Below, in pieces: positions 55,733-64,000 of a DNA stretch of 64,000 bases. The notes under the pieces are model-generated. The model worked only from the letters and a program-made list of their open reading frames with translations, was not told the origin of the DNA and made no database searches. The position numbers and the translations under genes were made by a program. Source of the stretch: Candidatus Levybacteria bacterium RIFCSPHIGHO2_01_FULL_36_15b (lineage in GTDB: Bacteria > Patescibacteriota > Microgenomatia > Levybacterales > UBA12049); the NCBI GenBank assembly GCA_001782045.1, contig MFNK01000003.1, positions 204,719 to 268,718 of the forward strand, written 5' to 3'. Each line of letters begins with the position of its first letter. Within the stretch, counting starts at the first letter, position 1.

Positions 55733-58700
55733 TTATTAACTTTTGGTTGGTTTCTAGTGGTTACTTCGGTAAGGCTTCCGTCGCTGTTGAATACAAATAT
55801 CTTGTCTGTTCTTGAACTCCCTACTGCCTGCAAAGCATCATTTAGATTGGTATCCTTGTATATTTTTACGCTATCGTTTTTAACTGCAAACCATACTGCG
55901 TCATCAAGCCCAACCGGGAAAACCCAGGCTTGTCCCCACTTTATCGGAACATTTAAGAAGTGGAAGCTTAAATCTTTATTTGACCAATAATCGCTGTAAT
56001 ATGAATCAAAGGATATAAAGAAGTTCTTAACTTTGGTAGATGAACCATGCCAATCGGCAGCGCTTTGTTGAAATGAAATTATGTGAAAGAAACCATAAAT
56101 TAACAAAAGTACGGCCATTGCAGCAATGGCTACATTTCTTCCGCTTTCTAAAAGAAACTCATATATTTTTTTAAACACTACAACCAAGACAAAAATCACT
56201 CCTATTGTAGAAAGATAGCTATATCTTGAAGTTATATTTCCAAGTCCCAAGTACGGAAGAAGTGAAATAATAAAGAAAGACGCTCCAAAAAATAAAATTC
56301 TTTTATCTATTTGATCAAGAATATTTTTTCCCTTTTTATAAATAAGAGTAATAATTGCAATTCCTATAAAAACTAAACCTCCCGATAAAACCATATTTTC
56401 CCTAAGTAAAATTCTTAAATTTTCATATATGCCTATTGTCGCTTGTCCTAAAATAGCAATAGAAATATACCCCAAAATATTTCCTACAAAATTGAATGGA
56501 AGCTTAACTAAATCATAGTTATAATCTCCGGAAAACCAATGACTATTGGAAAAAAGCCGTAAAACAAAATATAAAACAACTGGAATAAAAAGAATTACAA
56601 AGTCACGTTGTTTGATTTCTGCCATTACTGTATTTAAGTTTGTGTCCTTAAGTCTGTATGCCAACACCAAAAGAGGAAGAACCACGCCTAACTCATGAAA
56701 TAAAAGAGTAAGTGTAAATGAGGCAAACGCTAAAATATAATAATAAACTTTTTTTGTTTCATCCCATTTAATAAAAAGAAGTAAGCCTAAAAGTGCAAAG
56801 ACTGCGGTAAAAAGATGTCCCGTTGCCGCAATCCAAAAAATTATTTCGGAGTAGCCGCTTAATATAAGAAACAGGAATGCGCAGAAAGCGGATAAAAGAG
56901 TACTTTTAAAAACTCTTTTTGCAACAAGGAAAAACAAAACTGAAACAATAAAATGGAGAACTATAGAAACTAAATGATAAACAGCCGGATTTAGCCAAAA
57001 AGTGTTATACATAAAATCGAAGTAAATTTTTGTTCCCGGCCTAAAGAAAAAGCCTCCCGAATCTGTAAAGTAAGTTAACAAATTAGATGGCGCCTTAGCA
57101 GCCCACTTTAGCCAAGTAAAATCATCTCCTGCAAAAAAATTATTTATTAGTGGAGAATATAAAACAATACTAAGTCCAAGAAGATAAATTACAATTGCAT
57201 ATGTAGAAACTGCTGCTTTTTTTAGTTCATCAAATAGATTAATTTCTGATTTTAAATTTAAAACAATTATTCCAAGCGCTATACCCATTAAGATCCATAA
57301 TGTATAAGCAATTTTAGACGCCTCAAAAACGTCTATTAAAAATGCGTTTAAGCCAAGCCCAACCAGTCCTGCCCCAAATCCAAGAAGAAAATTTTTTTCA
57401 ATACCGTAATCTAAACTCTTCCACACCTTTTTAAGATAAATAAAGAAAGAGAAAAATATTGAAAGAAAAGCAATAAATCCTAAAAGGCCTATCTCGCCCA
57501 ATATTCGCAAATAATTATTGTCTACTGCCAAAGTTACCGAACTGTAACCGCTTCCTATTAATATTTGTCTTTGAAAAGCCTCTATCGCCCTTGGCCATTC
57601 TCCTTGAAACCTTGTGGTAAAAGATAAATCGTAAGCAGCAGCTCTTTTAATAATAAAATTTCCATGTAAAACTAAAAATTGGGCCGATGGAGAAGATTTT
57701 ACATCCGGCGGAAACTCATAGAAAAAATTTCCAACTCTTTTTATAACAGGAGAAAGCGCAAGGTTAATGTAGCCTGTTCCTGAAGGTAAGTTTTCACCCG
57801 TTGATAAGTTTACCGCTTTTACCAATGTAACCTCATTTGGAATAAACTTATACGGAAAAATTGCAGAAGGTGAAGAATTTTTTTCTCCCGCTAAAGCGTT
57901 AACAAGTTCTTCCTGATCTTTTACTCGCTGCGATAAAACAATTTTGTCTTGGAAAAATTCTTTTGAAACAAATTTTACATGACCAATGGAGTTTCCTGTA
58001 TTTGCATCTACCAATACATCTACCGTATCTACAGTATTTTGGAATCTCTGCAAAATAGTTGGTTTTAACGCCAAGAAAAGAAGTGCTCCGATTATAATAA
58101 CGGGTACGGAATATAAGACTAATTTTCTCTTTTGAAAGAAAAAAACTATAAATAAGGACACAAAAACCACCACAAACGAGACCCTAGAAACTGTCATAAA
58201 TAGTAACCAGAAAGAAAGCAAGGTTGTAAAAAGAATAATACCCTTAACGAGAAAATTCTTGATTACAAAAAATAAACTGACCAGTATTGGAATCATTAAG
58301 ACTAAATAAGCGGCTAAATCGTAGTGCCCGGCAAAAGTTGACGGAACGCGCGAAAGCTCGGAAAGCTGTATCGGTATCCCCTTTGCAAACTCTTCGTTGC
58401 TTGTTAAAAATGCAGGAAAACCAAAATACTTTTGTCCAAACCCATAAAAAATAATTGCAAGAAGAGTAATAAGTATGGTGCCAATAACAAAGTACAAAAG
58501 TTTCCTGTCTTTCATTCCCTGATAGGCAACAAAAAATAAGCTCAAATATTCAACATGCCTAACTAAGGCAAGAAATGCTACATTTGGAAATGTATTTGCA
58601 AGTGTAGGAAATATTAAAAGTACACCGTGAATTGTTGCAACAGCACCTACTATCCAGAATATTAGAATAGGAAAGGTCAAAGGAGTACGTAACGTAATTT

Positions 58701-58893
58701 TTTTGCGCACAAGTAAAGCTAGCCAGGAAAGAAGCACGCCAAGAACCAAAAAATCTTCTGCTCTTATATAAACCCAAGTATTATTAACATTTATTAAAGG
58801 AAGCTTTGGATAAAGAGGGATAAATGCAAGAAGCACTAACGTTTCAACAAATAATAAATTAGCTTTAACAAAGTTATAAATTTTTTTAATCAT
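55729..58893 (-). CDS. Fusion protein: Wzy_C (O-antigen ligase/PglL/PilO-type) domain plus C-terminal GT-C (PMT-like) domain
   Basis: Residues 1-560: polytopic, with a large outer loop ending GSGYSSVTLAVDNNYLRILGEIGLLGF, which matches the Wzy_C signature G.G.......HN.YL....E.G..G. Residues 560-1054: a second polytopic module with loop NFFAGDDFTWLKWA (acidic-pair motif as in PMT/ArnT) and a C-terminal soluble domain. Confidence 0.65.
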   Translation of the reverse strand: MIKKIYNFVKANLLFVETLVLLAFIPLYPKLPLINVNNTWVYIRAEDFLVLGVLLSWLALLVRKKITLRTPLTFPILIFWIVGAVATIHGVLLIFPTLANTFPNVAFLALVRHVEYLSLFFVAYQGMKDRKLLYFVIGTILITLLAIIFYGFGQKYFGFPAFLTSNEEFAKGIPIQLSELSRVPSTFAGHYDLAAYLVLMIPILVSLFFVIKNFLVKGIILFTTLLSFWLLFMTVSRVSFVVVFVSLFIVFFFQKRKLVLYSVPVIIIGALLFLALKPTILQRFQNTVDTVDVLVDANTGNSIGHVKFVSKEFFQDKIVLSQRVKDQEELVNALAGEKNSSPSAIFPYKFIPNEVTLVKAVNLSTGENLPSGTGYINLALSPVIKRVGNFFYEFPPDVKSSPSAQFLVLHGNFIIKRAAAYDLSFTTRFQGEWPRAIEAFQRQILIGSGYSSVTLAVDNNYLRILGEIGLLGFIAFLSIFFSFFIYLKKVWKSLDYGIEKNFLLGFGAGLVGLGLNAFLIDVFEASKIAYTLWILMGIALGIIVLNLKSEINLFDELKKAAVSTYAIVIYLLGLSIVLYSPLINNFFAGDDFTWLKWAAKAPSNLLTYFTDSGGFFFRPGTKIYFDFMYNTFWLNPAVYHLVSIVLHFIVSVLFFLVAKRVFKSTLLSAFCAFLFLILSGYSEIIFWIAATGHLFTAVFALLGLLLFIKWDETKKVYYYILAFASFTLTLLFHELGVVLPLLVLAYRLKDTNLNTVMAEIKQRDFVILFIPVVLYFVLRLFSNSHWFSGDYNYDLVKLPFNFVGNILGYISIAILGQATIGIYENLRILLRENMVLSGGLVFIGIAIITLIYKKGKNILDQIDKRILFFGASFFIISLLPYLGLGNITSRYSYLSTIGVIFVLVVVFKKIYEFLLESGRNVAIAAMAVLLLIYGFFHIISFQQSAADWHGSSTKVKNFFISFDSYYSDYWSNKDLSFHFLNVPIKWGQAWVFPVGLDDAVWFAVKNDSVKIYKDTNLNDALQAVGSSRTDKIFVFNSDGSLTEVTTRNQPKVNK

Positions 58894-58897
58894 CTAT

Positions 58898-59461
58898 TTA
58901 TCTAAACCATGCAGCTCTTCCAAGTTTGTAGTTTGGATTTTTATTTTGTCTTTCCCCTATTTCCTTTGCTGGAACTCCTCCAACAATCTTAAACTCATCT
59001 ACATCCTTTGTTACTACAGCACCTGCTCCAACAACTGCTCCTTTCTTAATTGTTACCCCGGGTAGAATAATGGCTCGTGGTCCAATAAATACGTAATCAT
59101 CTATATTAACAGGTCCAAGGACTGCTTTTTCCACGTCTGCAAAATCTTCTTCGGACAAATTATGTTGTGAATTGTAAATCATAACTTCCGATGCTATGTC
59201 TACGTGATCTCCTATGTTTAAAGAAGCGCGGCCGTCCAAAACTGCATTTTCTCCAACAATCGTATCTTTTCCTATTCTAATATTGGGTGGGTAATAAAAA
59301 TTAGCCCACATATGAATAGTAGAGCCCGTGCCGATTTTAATTCCACAAAGTCGGTAAAAAAATCTTCGAAGATGATGAGAAGGAATGTGCCCAACCCATC
59401 TGAGCTTCATCACGATAATCTCCCAAAAAACCGTTTTTAATCTCCTGTAAATTCTATTCAT
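58898..59461 (-). CDS. Left-handed beta-helix (hexapeptide repeat) acetyltransferase, WcaF/MAT-like
   Basis: IGKDTIVGENAVLDG...IGDHVDIASEVMIY...DDYVFIGPRAIILPGVTIKKGAVVGAGAVVTKDV hexapeptide repeats. 187 aa. Confidence 0.8.
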   Translation of the reverse strand: MNRIYRRLKTVFWEIIVMKLRWVGHIPSHHLRRFFYRLCGIKIGTGSTIHMWANFYYPPNIRIGKDTIVGENAVLDGRASLNIGDHVDIASEVMIYNSQHNLSEEDFADVEKAVLGPVNIDDYVFIGPRAIILPGVTIKKGAVVGAGAVVTKDVDEFKIVGGVPAKEIGERQNKNPNYKLGRAAWFR

Positions 59462-60564
59462 TTCAAACTTTCTAAAACCCTAAGAGTCTCTTTGGCTGTC
59501 TTTTCCCAGGAAAACTTTTTAACTTGTGCCTTACCCTTTTCTATCATCGCATTTCGCAATTTATCATCAGTTAAAACTCTTTTTATTTGTCTTGCTATAT
59601 CCTCGGAGTCTGTAGGATCAAAATACAAAGCGGCATCTCCGCCTGCTTCAGGCAGAGAAGAAACGTTACTAATAAGCACCGGACAGCCGTATTTCATCGC
59701 CTCCAAAACCGGTAGTCCAAATCCTTCATAAAGACTAGGAAGCACAAAGCAAGCTGCATTTTTGTATAAAGATGGCAAATCATCATCTTCCACAAAATCT
59801 AAAAACTTCACTCTGTCTTCCACGCCATACCTTTTAGGAGATCTAAGAATATCTTCATACTGCCAACCTTTTTTACCTACAATAACCAAGGAAAGATCGC
59901 TTTTTGAAAGCATAGAAAAAGCCTCTACTAGTCTTTCTATGTTTTTTCTTGGCTGGAGAGTTCCCACAAAAAGAATATAATTCCCTTTTACACCAAACTT
60001 CTTTGATAAATCTTCCATACTCAATACCTTATTCTTTATACCTGATACTTGTTTTATTCCCGGATATGTTACGTGAACGTTATTTTCGTCCACACTGTAT
60101 GTTTTGATTATATCATCCTTGCTGGAAGTACTAATAGTAAAGATAGCCTTAGCTTTTGCAACAGAATATTTAGTCCAGTTGGTAAGTTGATACAAATCCT
60201 TTTTCAAAAAAAGCTCCGGGTAAAATATATAGGATATATCCATTATGGAAATAGTAGTTGGTATTGGAGAGAATCTTGGAGCGTAATGCGTTGGAGTAAA
60301 AAATATATCAGGTTTTCTATATAAGTATAAATTTATTGGAAGAGCAAATTGGGTCCATAATTTTTTAGGGCCTACAATATTATATGAAAAGTTAGACGTT
60401 GGAGTCGGCATGTGATGTTTTGGCGTTTCTTTAAGATAAATAATAAATCTTGCGCTTTGGGTTTTTAATTTTTGAAACTCATTAATAATTTCAAACGCGT
60501 ATTCTCCAATCCCAACTCTTCTATCTACATTTGCTTCATTCCCGTCAATTCCAATATTTATCAT
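59458..60564 (-). CDS. GT4 family glycosyltransferase
   Basis: PSLYEGFGLPVLEAMKYGCPVLISNVSSLPEAGGDAALYF motif. 368 aa. Confidence 0.8.
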   Translation of the reverse strand: MINIGIDGNEANVDRRVGIGEYAFEIINEFQKLKTQSARFIIYLKETPKHHMPTPTSNFSYNIVGPKKLWTQFALPINLYLYRKPDIFFTPTHYAPRFSPIPTTISIMDISYIFYPELFLKKDLYQLTNWTKYSVAKAKAIFTISTSSKDDIIKTYSVDENNVHVTYPGIKQVSGIKNKVLSMEDLSKKFGVKGNYILFVGTLQPRKNIERLVEAFSMLSKSDLSLVIVGKKGWQYEDILRSPKRYGVEDRVKFLDFVEDDDLPSLYKNAACFVLPSLYEGFGLPVLEAMKYGCPVLISNVSSLPEAGGDAALYFDPTDSEDIARQIKRVLTDDKLRNAMIEKGKAQVKKFSWEKTAKETLRVLESLK

Positions 60565-60597
60565 TTTACCTCTTCATAAATTTTAGCAGAAATAACA

Positions 60598-62472
60598 TTA
60601 TTTAACTTGTGTGGGATCAATATTAAAAATATAAATTAACCAACCAAAACATAGGATTAGTAGAATAAGTAAGAAGGGATTTTTCAACCCTATAGGCAGT
60701 CTTTTATACACCAGATACAAAACAACTCCTAATAAAAAATGGACTAATGGATATATTAAGAAACTTATTAAAAGATTATTCCATATTTTACCGAAATTAA
60801 ATTTTAAAAGAGACGCTGCTTGATAAGCGAGGAAGTCTTGATTTATGAAATATAGCGATGTTTTAGAAATACTTACTCCCAAAAACCTAAGTGCATCCAA
60901 GCTTAATCCAAAATAATATCTGTCTCCAAGTTGAATGTAGCGAGGAAGGGTAAGAATAAAATCAAGACCGAAACTCAGTGGCACAAAAAGAAGCATTTTT
61001 TTATTAAACTTTTTACTTATAAAGTAAAAAATGGATAAACTCAATAATATACATAGAGACTTAAACAATAATAAATTGTCTACAACGGGGCCGTAGAAAA
61101 CTAACCAGCTGAACTGAATATGAGATCTCATTAAAAGTCCGAAGCTTGCAAAGATGAAAAGAAAAGCAATAAACCAGATACCAAGTTTTTTCAACTTTTT
61201 AAAAATAATTAATGAAAAAAATATTATTAACAGAATAATTTGATCTGAGTAATTTTCTTTATTGGTAGATGTATTTGAGGACAAAGCTCTGTTTAGAAAG
61301 CTTTGATTATCTTCAATAAAATAATCTGCAAAGGATTTGTTTAACTCATATTTAATTCTGTCTCTCAAATATGCATTTTCTCTTACTTTTGTACTTAATA
61401 ACCATGTAGATAATTCATCTGCCAGTGTGATTTTTTCAGGAAACTTAGGGTAGACCTTTTGAAAAGTTTCGGCAAAATCTTGCATGGTAACAAATTCTAA
61501 GTTTGGGTATTTTGAGAGATTTTCTAGTTGATTTTTGTATTCTTCCAAGTAATCTACACTTTCGCTTCCTGTTTCTAAACCAACCGTCACCTGCCCTAGC
61601 TGGTTATGACAATCTAGGTAAACCTTAATTAAGTCATTAAAATAATTCGTATTCTCTCCTTGCTTAATATAATCATTAGCCTGAAGAGAGTAATTAGAGA
61701 ACTCTGGCCCTTGCCCATGTGCCTTTGTTAAATCCCTTTGGGCCCATTGAATTATTACAACATTTTGTTTATTTTCTAAATTGCTTGCTGGAGTGAGAAT
61801 ATTAGCCTTGGAAGGATAAAATGGTACCCCCCACCATTGTCCCCAAACTCCATAACTATCGGTTGTTTTTTGGTCTGCAAGTATTAAGGCCGAAGTTATA
61901 CTAAATTTTTCGACCATGTAATTTAAAGAAAAAGAGTCTATCCACCAAGCACCTACCGATTTAGGATAATAGCTGTTTTGATTTTTAAATTTCTCAAAAA
62001 GCGTATCTATCAATTTTATTCTTTCAGATTGTGTGTAACCTGATAAAAAAGCTGCATTAGGAAAAAACCAAGGAGTGTTTACGGGATAAATTACTCTTGC
62101 ATCACTGGCCAGCTGTGGAGAGATTTCTAACAACAGACCTTTTTCTTGCTTTGGGTTAAGCCCTTTTATTTGTTCCATTAGTTTTTTATCGGAGAAAACA
62201 TCGTATTGCAAAAGCCAAGTAGCAGGAAACCCTCTTTGTTTAATAGATGAGTATTGGTTTATTAAGGGATTTAGACTTTTATCAAGCCACAATGACCTTG
62301 ATCTAACTGGATTTACTAGTGTTACAAATCTATTGTTGCAACTTATACTACTTTCGTATGCCAGGGCAGAGGTGATATTTAAAAGATAAAACAAGAATCC
62401 TAAAAGAAATACCAAAAATGTTAAAAGGAGGCTCTGTTTAATGTTAATAGTGTTTAAAAAGCTTTTCATCAA
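60598..62472 (-). CDS. Hypothetical membrane protein: N-terminal TM, roughly 380-aa extracytoplasmic domain, C-terminal 6-7 TM bundle
   Basis: 624 aa. The track start is TTG; the ATG at 62469 is more likely. No family recognised by eye (no NodB or GH motifs found). Confidence 0.4.
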   Translation of the reverse strand: MMKSFLNTINIKQSLLLTFLVFLLGFLFYLLNITSALAYESSISCNNRFVTLVNPVRSRSLWLDKSLNPLINQYSSIKQRGFPATWLLQYDVFSDKKLMEQIKGLNPKQEKGLLLEISPQLASDARVIYPVNTPWFFPNAAFLSGYTQSERIKLIDTLFEKFKNQNSYYPKSVGAWWIDSFSLNYMVEKFSITSALILADQKTTDSYGVWGQWWGVPFYPSKANILTPASNLENKQNVVIIQWAQRDLTKAHGQGPEFSNYSLQANDYIKQGENTNYFNDLIKVYLDCHNQLGQVTVGLETGSESVDYLEEYKNQLENLSKYPNLEFVTMQDFAETFQKVYPKFPEKITLADELSTWLLSTKVRENAYLRDRIKYELNKSFADYFIEDNQSFLNRALSSNTSTNKENYSDQIILLIIFFSLIIFKKLKKLGIWFIAFLFIFASFGLLMRSHIQFSWLVFYGPVVDNLLLFKSLCILLSLSIFYFISKKFNKKMLLFVPLSFGLDFILTLPRYIQLGDRYYFGLSLDALRFLGVSISKTSLYFINQDFLAYQAASLLKFNFGKIWNNLLISFLIYPLVHFLLGVVLYLVYKRLPIGLKNPFLLILLILCFGWLIYIFNIDPTQVK

Positions 62473-62478
62473 TTCTAA

Positions 62479-63048
62479 TCATATTCCTGCTCCTATCACT
62501 TCAAGTCTTTCTTGCGGAATTCCTAAAATCTCTGTAGCATCTTTTTTTGTCGACTGCGAAATACAAAGAATTTTAGAAGTTTCTTTTTTAACCCATTCGA
62601 GCTTTCTTTTTTGAGAAGCTACAATGTTTGGTGAGATTATAAATTTGAGAGGATTAAATTCTGTTTCCTGATGAGTCTCCTCTGGATATTTGTAAACTAT
62701 TAAATCATAAAGAATTGTTGCTTTTTTTGCTTTTTTTACAGGTGGTTCTGTCCAATCGGAGGTTATAAAAATATCAACATCTCCGATAAAATTTTCAATT
62801 GGCATAATATGCAGTCTATTCCATAGTAAATCTAAAATAGTCGGAGGAATCCTAAACTGTTTTATTAAAACATTATTAGATTTAAGATTTAAGATTTCAG
62901 ATTTAAGATTCTTTCTTAGCGAAGAGTAAAATAGAATATATTTATTCTGCTCATCAAGCTTAAGCAACTCTTCGATTAATGAGCTAAGATAATTTGCCAC
63001 TCCAGTATTTTCAAAAGCAAGCTGTGAGATATCTATTCCAATTCTCAT
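62479..63048 (-). CDS. GT4 N-terminal (Glyco_trans_4-like) domain only; truncated glycosyltransferase or gene remnant
   Basis: 189 aa. MRIGIDISQLAFENTGVANY start, typical of the GT4 N-domain. The ORF stops where the C-terminal Glycos_transf_1 domain would begin. The next gene, 6 nt downstream, is an unrelated membrane protein. Confidence 0.55.
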   Translation of the reverse strand: MRIGIDISQLAFENTGVANYLSSLIEELLKLDEQNKYILFYSSLRKNLKSEILNLKSNNVLIKQFRIPPTILDLLWNRLHIMPIENFIGDVDIFITSDWTEPPVKKAKKATILYDLIVYKYPEETHQETEFNPLKFIISPNIVASQKRKLEWVKKETSKILCISQSTKKDATEILGIPQERLEVIGAGI

Positions 63049-63980
63049 TCTGTGGAATATTTCAACTCCTCAACCATTCTGTTGCCTTCGTTTTTCACTG
63101 CGATACTAAGTATCATATCAGCAATAAGACCAGTAAAAAGTATTTGTAAACCAACCAATACTAAAAGAACGCCAAAGGTCAGTAAAGGCCTTGTTCCAAT
63201 TGATTCGCCTAATATTTTAACAATCAGCAAGTAAAAAAGGATAAAAAATCCTATTGCAGATAAAACTCCTCCTGCAAATCCAAAGAAGTGCAAAGGTCGT
63301 TTAGCGTATTTTGTTAAAAACAAAATTGTAAACATATCGGGAATATCTTTAAACACCTTAGAAAAGCCATATTTTGATTTTCCAAATTTTCTTGGCTCAT
63401 GCACTACGGCAAGCTCAGTTACCTCAAAGCCCTTTTCTGAAACAAGAAGAGGAATAAATCTGTGCATTCCTCCGTATAGGTTAAGTACTTTTGCAGCTTC
63501 TTTGGTGTAAAGCTTAAGTCCGCAGTTATAATCGTGTAAATGAACTCCCCAAAAAGCCGACATAACAAAATTAAAAAACTTAGAAGGGATTTTCATAATA
63601 ATTGAGTCTTTCCTGTTTTTCCTCCAACCGCAAACAAGCTCAAACCCTTCTTTTGACTTATTTAGCAGGTTTTGTATTTCTTCCGGCCTATCCTGTAAAT
63701 CTGCGTCTAAGGTAACTACATAGTCTCCTTTTGCACGCTGAAAACCATAAGTTAATGCTTCAGCCTTACCTTGATGCTTTCGGAAAGAAAATATTCTTAT
63801 AGATTTATCTTTTGCAGCCAGTTTTTTAAGTATATCGAGTGTCGAATCCGAAGAACCATCGTCCACAAATATGATCTCATAACCCATTTTAAGGCTCTCA
63901 AGGGCGCTCTTAAGCCTAGGATATAGCTTTTCAAGGCTTTCTTCCTCGTTGTAAACAGGAACAAGTGCGGTAATTAACAT
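63045..63980 (-). CDS. GtrB/ArnC/DPM1-like GT2 polyprenyl-phosphate glycosyltransferase with C-terminal TM hairpin
   Basis: ALVPVYNEEESL, IFVDDGSSDST, TLDADLQDRPEEI, then two C-terminal TM helices. 311 aa. 4-nt start overlap (ATGA). Confidence 0.8.
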   Translation of the reverse strand: MLITALVPVYNEEESLEKLYPRLKSALESLKMGYEIIFVDDGSSDSTLDILKKLAAKDKSIRIFSFRKHQGKAEALTYGFQRAKGDYVVTLDADLQDRPEEIQNLLNKSKEGFELVCGWRKNRKDSIIMKIPSKFFNFVMSAFWGVHLHDYNCGLKLYTKEAAKVLNLYGGMHRFIPLLVSEKGFEVTELAVVHEPRKFGKSKYGFSKVFKDIPDMFTILFLTKYAKRPLHFFGFAGGVLSAIGFFILFYLLIVKILGESIGTRPLLTFGVLLVLVGLQILFTGLIADMILSIAVKNEGNRMVEELKYSTE

Positions 63981-64000
63981 AACGAGCTCAATTGTATCAT

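Noticed and set aside
62861-62890. Short tandem 7-nt repeat (AGATTTA-like, four copies) checked as a possible CRISPR or satellite
   Set aside because: It lies inside coding sequence (a repeated LNLKSE peptide in the GT4 N-half). The units are far too short and there are no spacers, so it is not CRISPR.
1-64000. Looked for mobile elements, integrase/transposase genes, CRISPR arrays, rRNA, and alternative genetic code
   Set aside because: No ORF resembles a transposase, integrase or Cas protein. No spacer-repeat arrays were seen. Long ORFs are intact with TGA/TAA/TAG as stops, so the standard code applies. The only mobility-like signature is the ftsZ-tail duplication, reported as a finding.

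Overview
AT-rich bacterial chromosome segment (GC looks roughly one-third by eye). Almost everything is encoded on the minus strand in tightly packed, often overlapping genes. The gene content suggests a small-genome Gram-positive-type bacterium, possibly of the CPR/Patescibacteria kind; this is inference from content, not from any search: a streamlined dcw cluster with a very short FtsQ-like protein and N-terminally reduced MurE/MurF, few Shine-Dalgarno sequences, and a remarkable expansion of GT-C fold (PMT/ArnT-like) membrane glycosyltransferases. Three blocks are present. (1) Positions 1-17.8 kb hold a glycoconjugate locus: GT2 and GT4 glycosyltransferases, three GT2-GT-C fusion proteins, SAM methyltransferases including a sugar C-methyltransferase-like enzyme, a Wzx-like flippase, and several standalone GT-C membrane proteins. 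(2) Positions 17.8-46.4 kb hold housekeeping genes: tRNA-Val, lepB, parB, rpmA, rplU, rodA, type-2 ileS, FKBP, two more GT-C proteins, then a near-complete dcw cluster (mraZ, rsmH, ftsL, ftsI, murF, murE, murC, murA, glmU-N-like, mraY, ftsW, murG, ftsQ-like, ftsA, ftsZ) followed by glyQS and recO. (3) Positions 46.4-64 kb hold a roughly 17.5-kb single-strand glycan-assembly operon: GtrB-like GT2, GT4 (x5 plus one N-half-only), LbH acetyltransferase, a 1054-aa Wzy_C (O-antigen ligase/PglL-like)-GT-C fusion, GT-C, ManC, PglC-like phosphoglycosyltransferase, and two unknown envelope proteins. The observation most worth a second look is an imperfect roughly 51-bp direct repeat that copies the FtsZ C-terminal-peptide coding end; the two copies exactly bracket an unknown 144-codon gene that is translationally coupled to ftsZ. 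Other candidates are the GT2-GT-C and Wzy_C-GT-C fusion architectures (self-contained lipid-linked sugar synthase plus transferase), an MraZ-box operator with a perfect SD upstream of mraZ, and the unusual dcw content (murA plus acetyltransferase-less glmU inside the cluster, an antisense DUF192 gene, murF before murE). No CRISPR, rRNA, IS element or prophage signature was seen.
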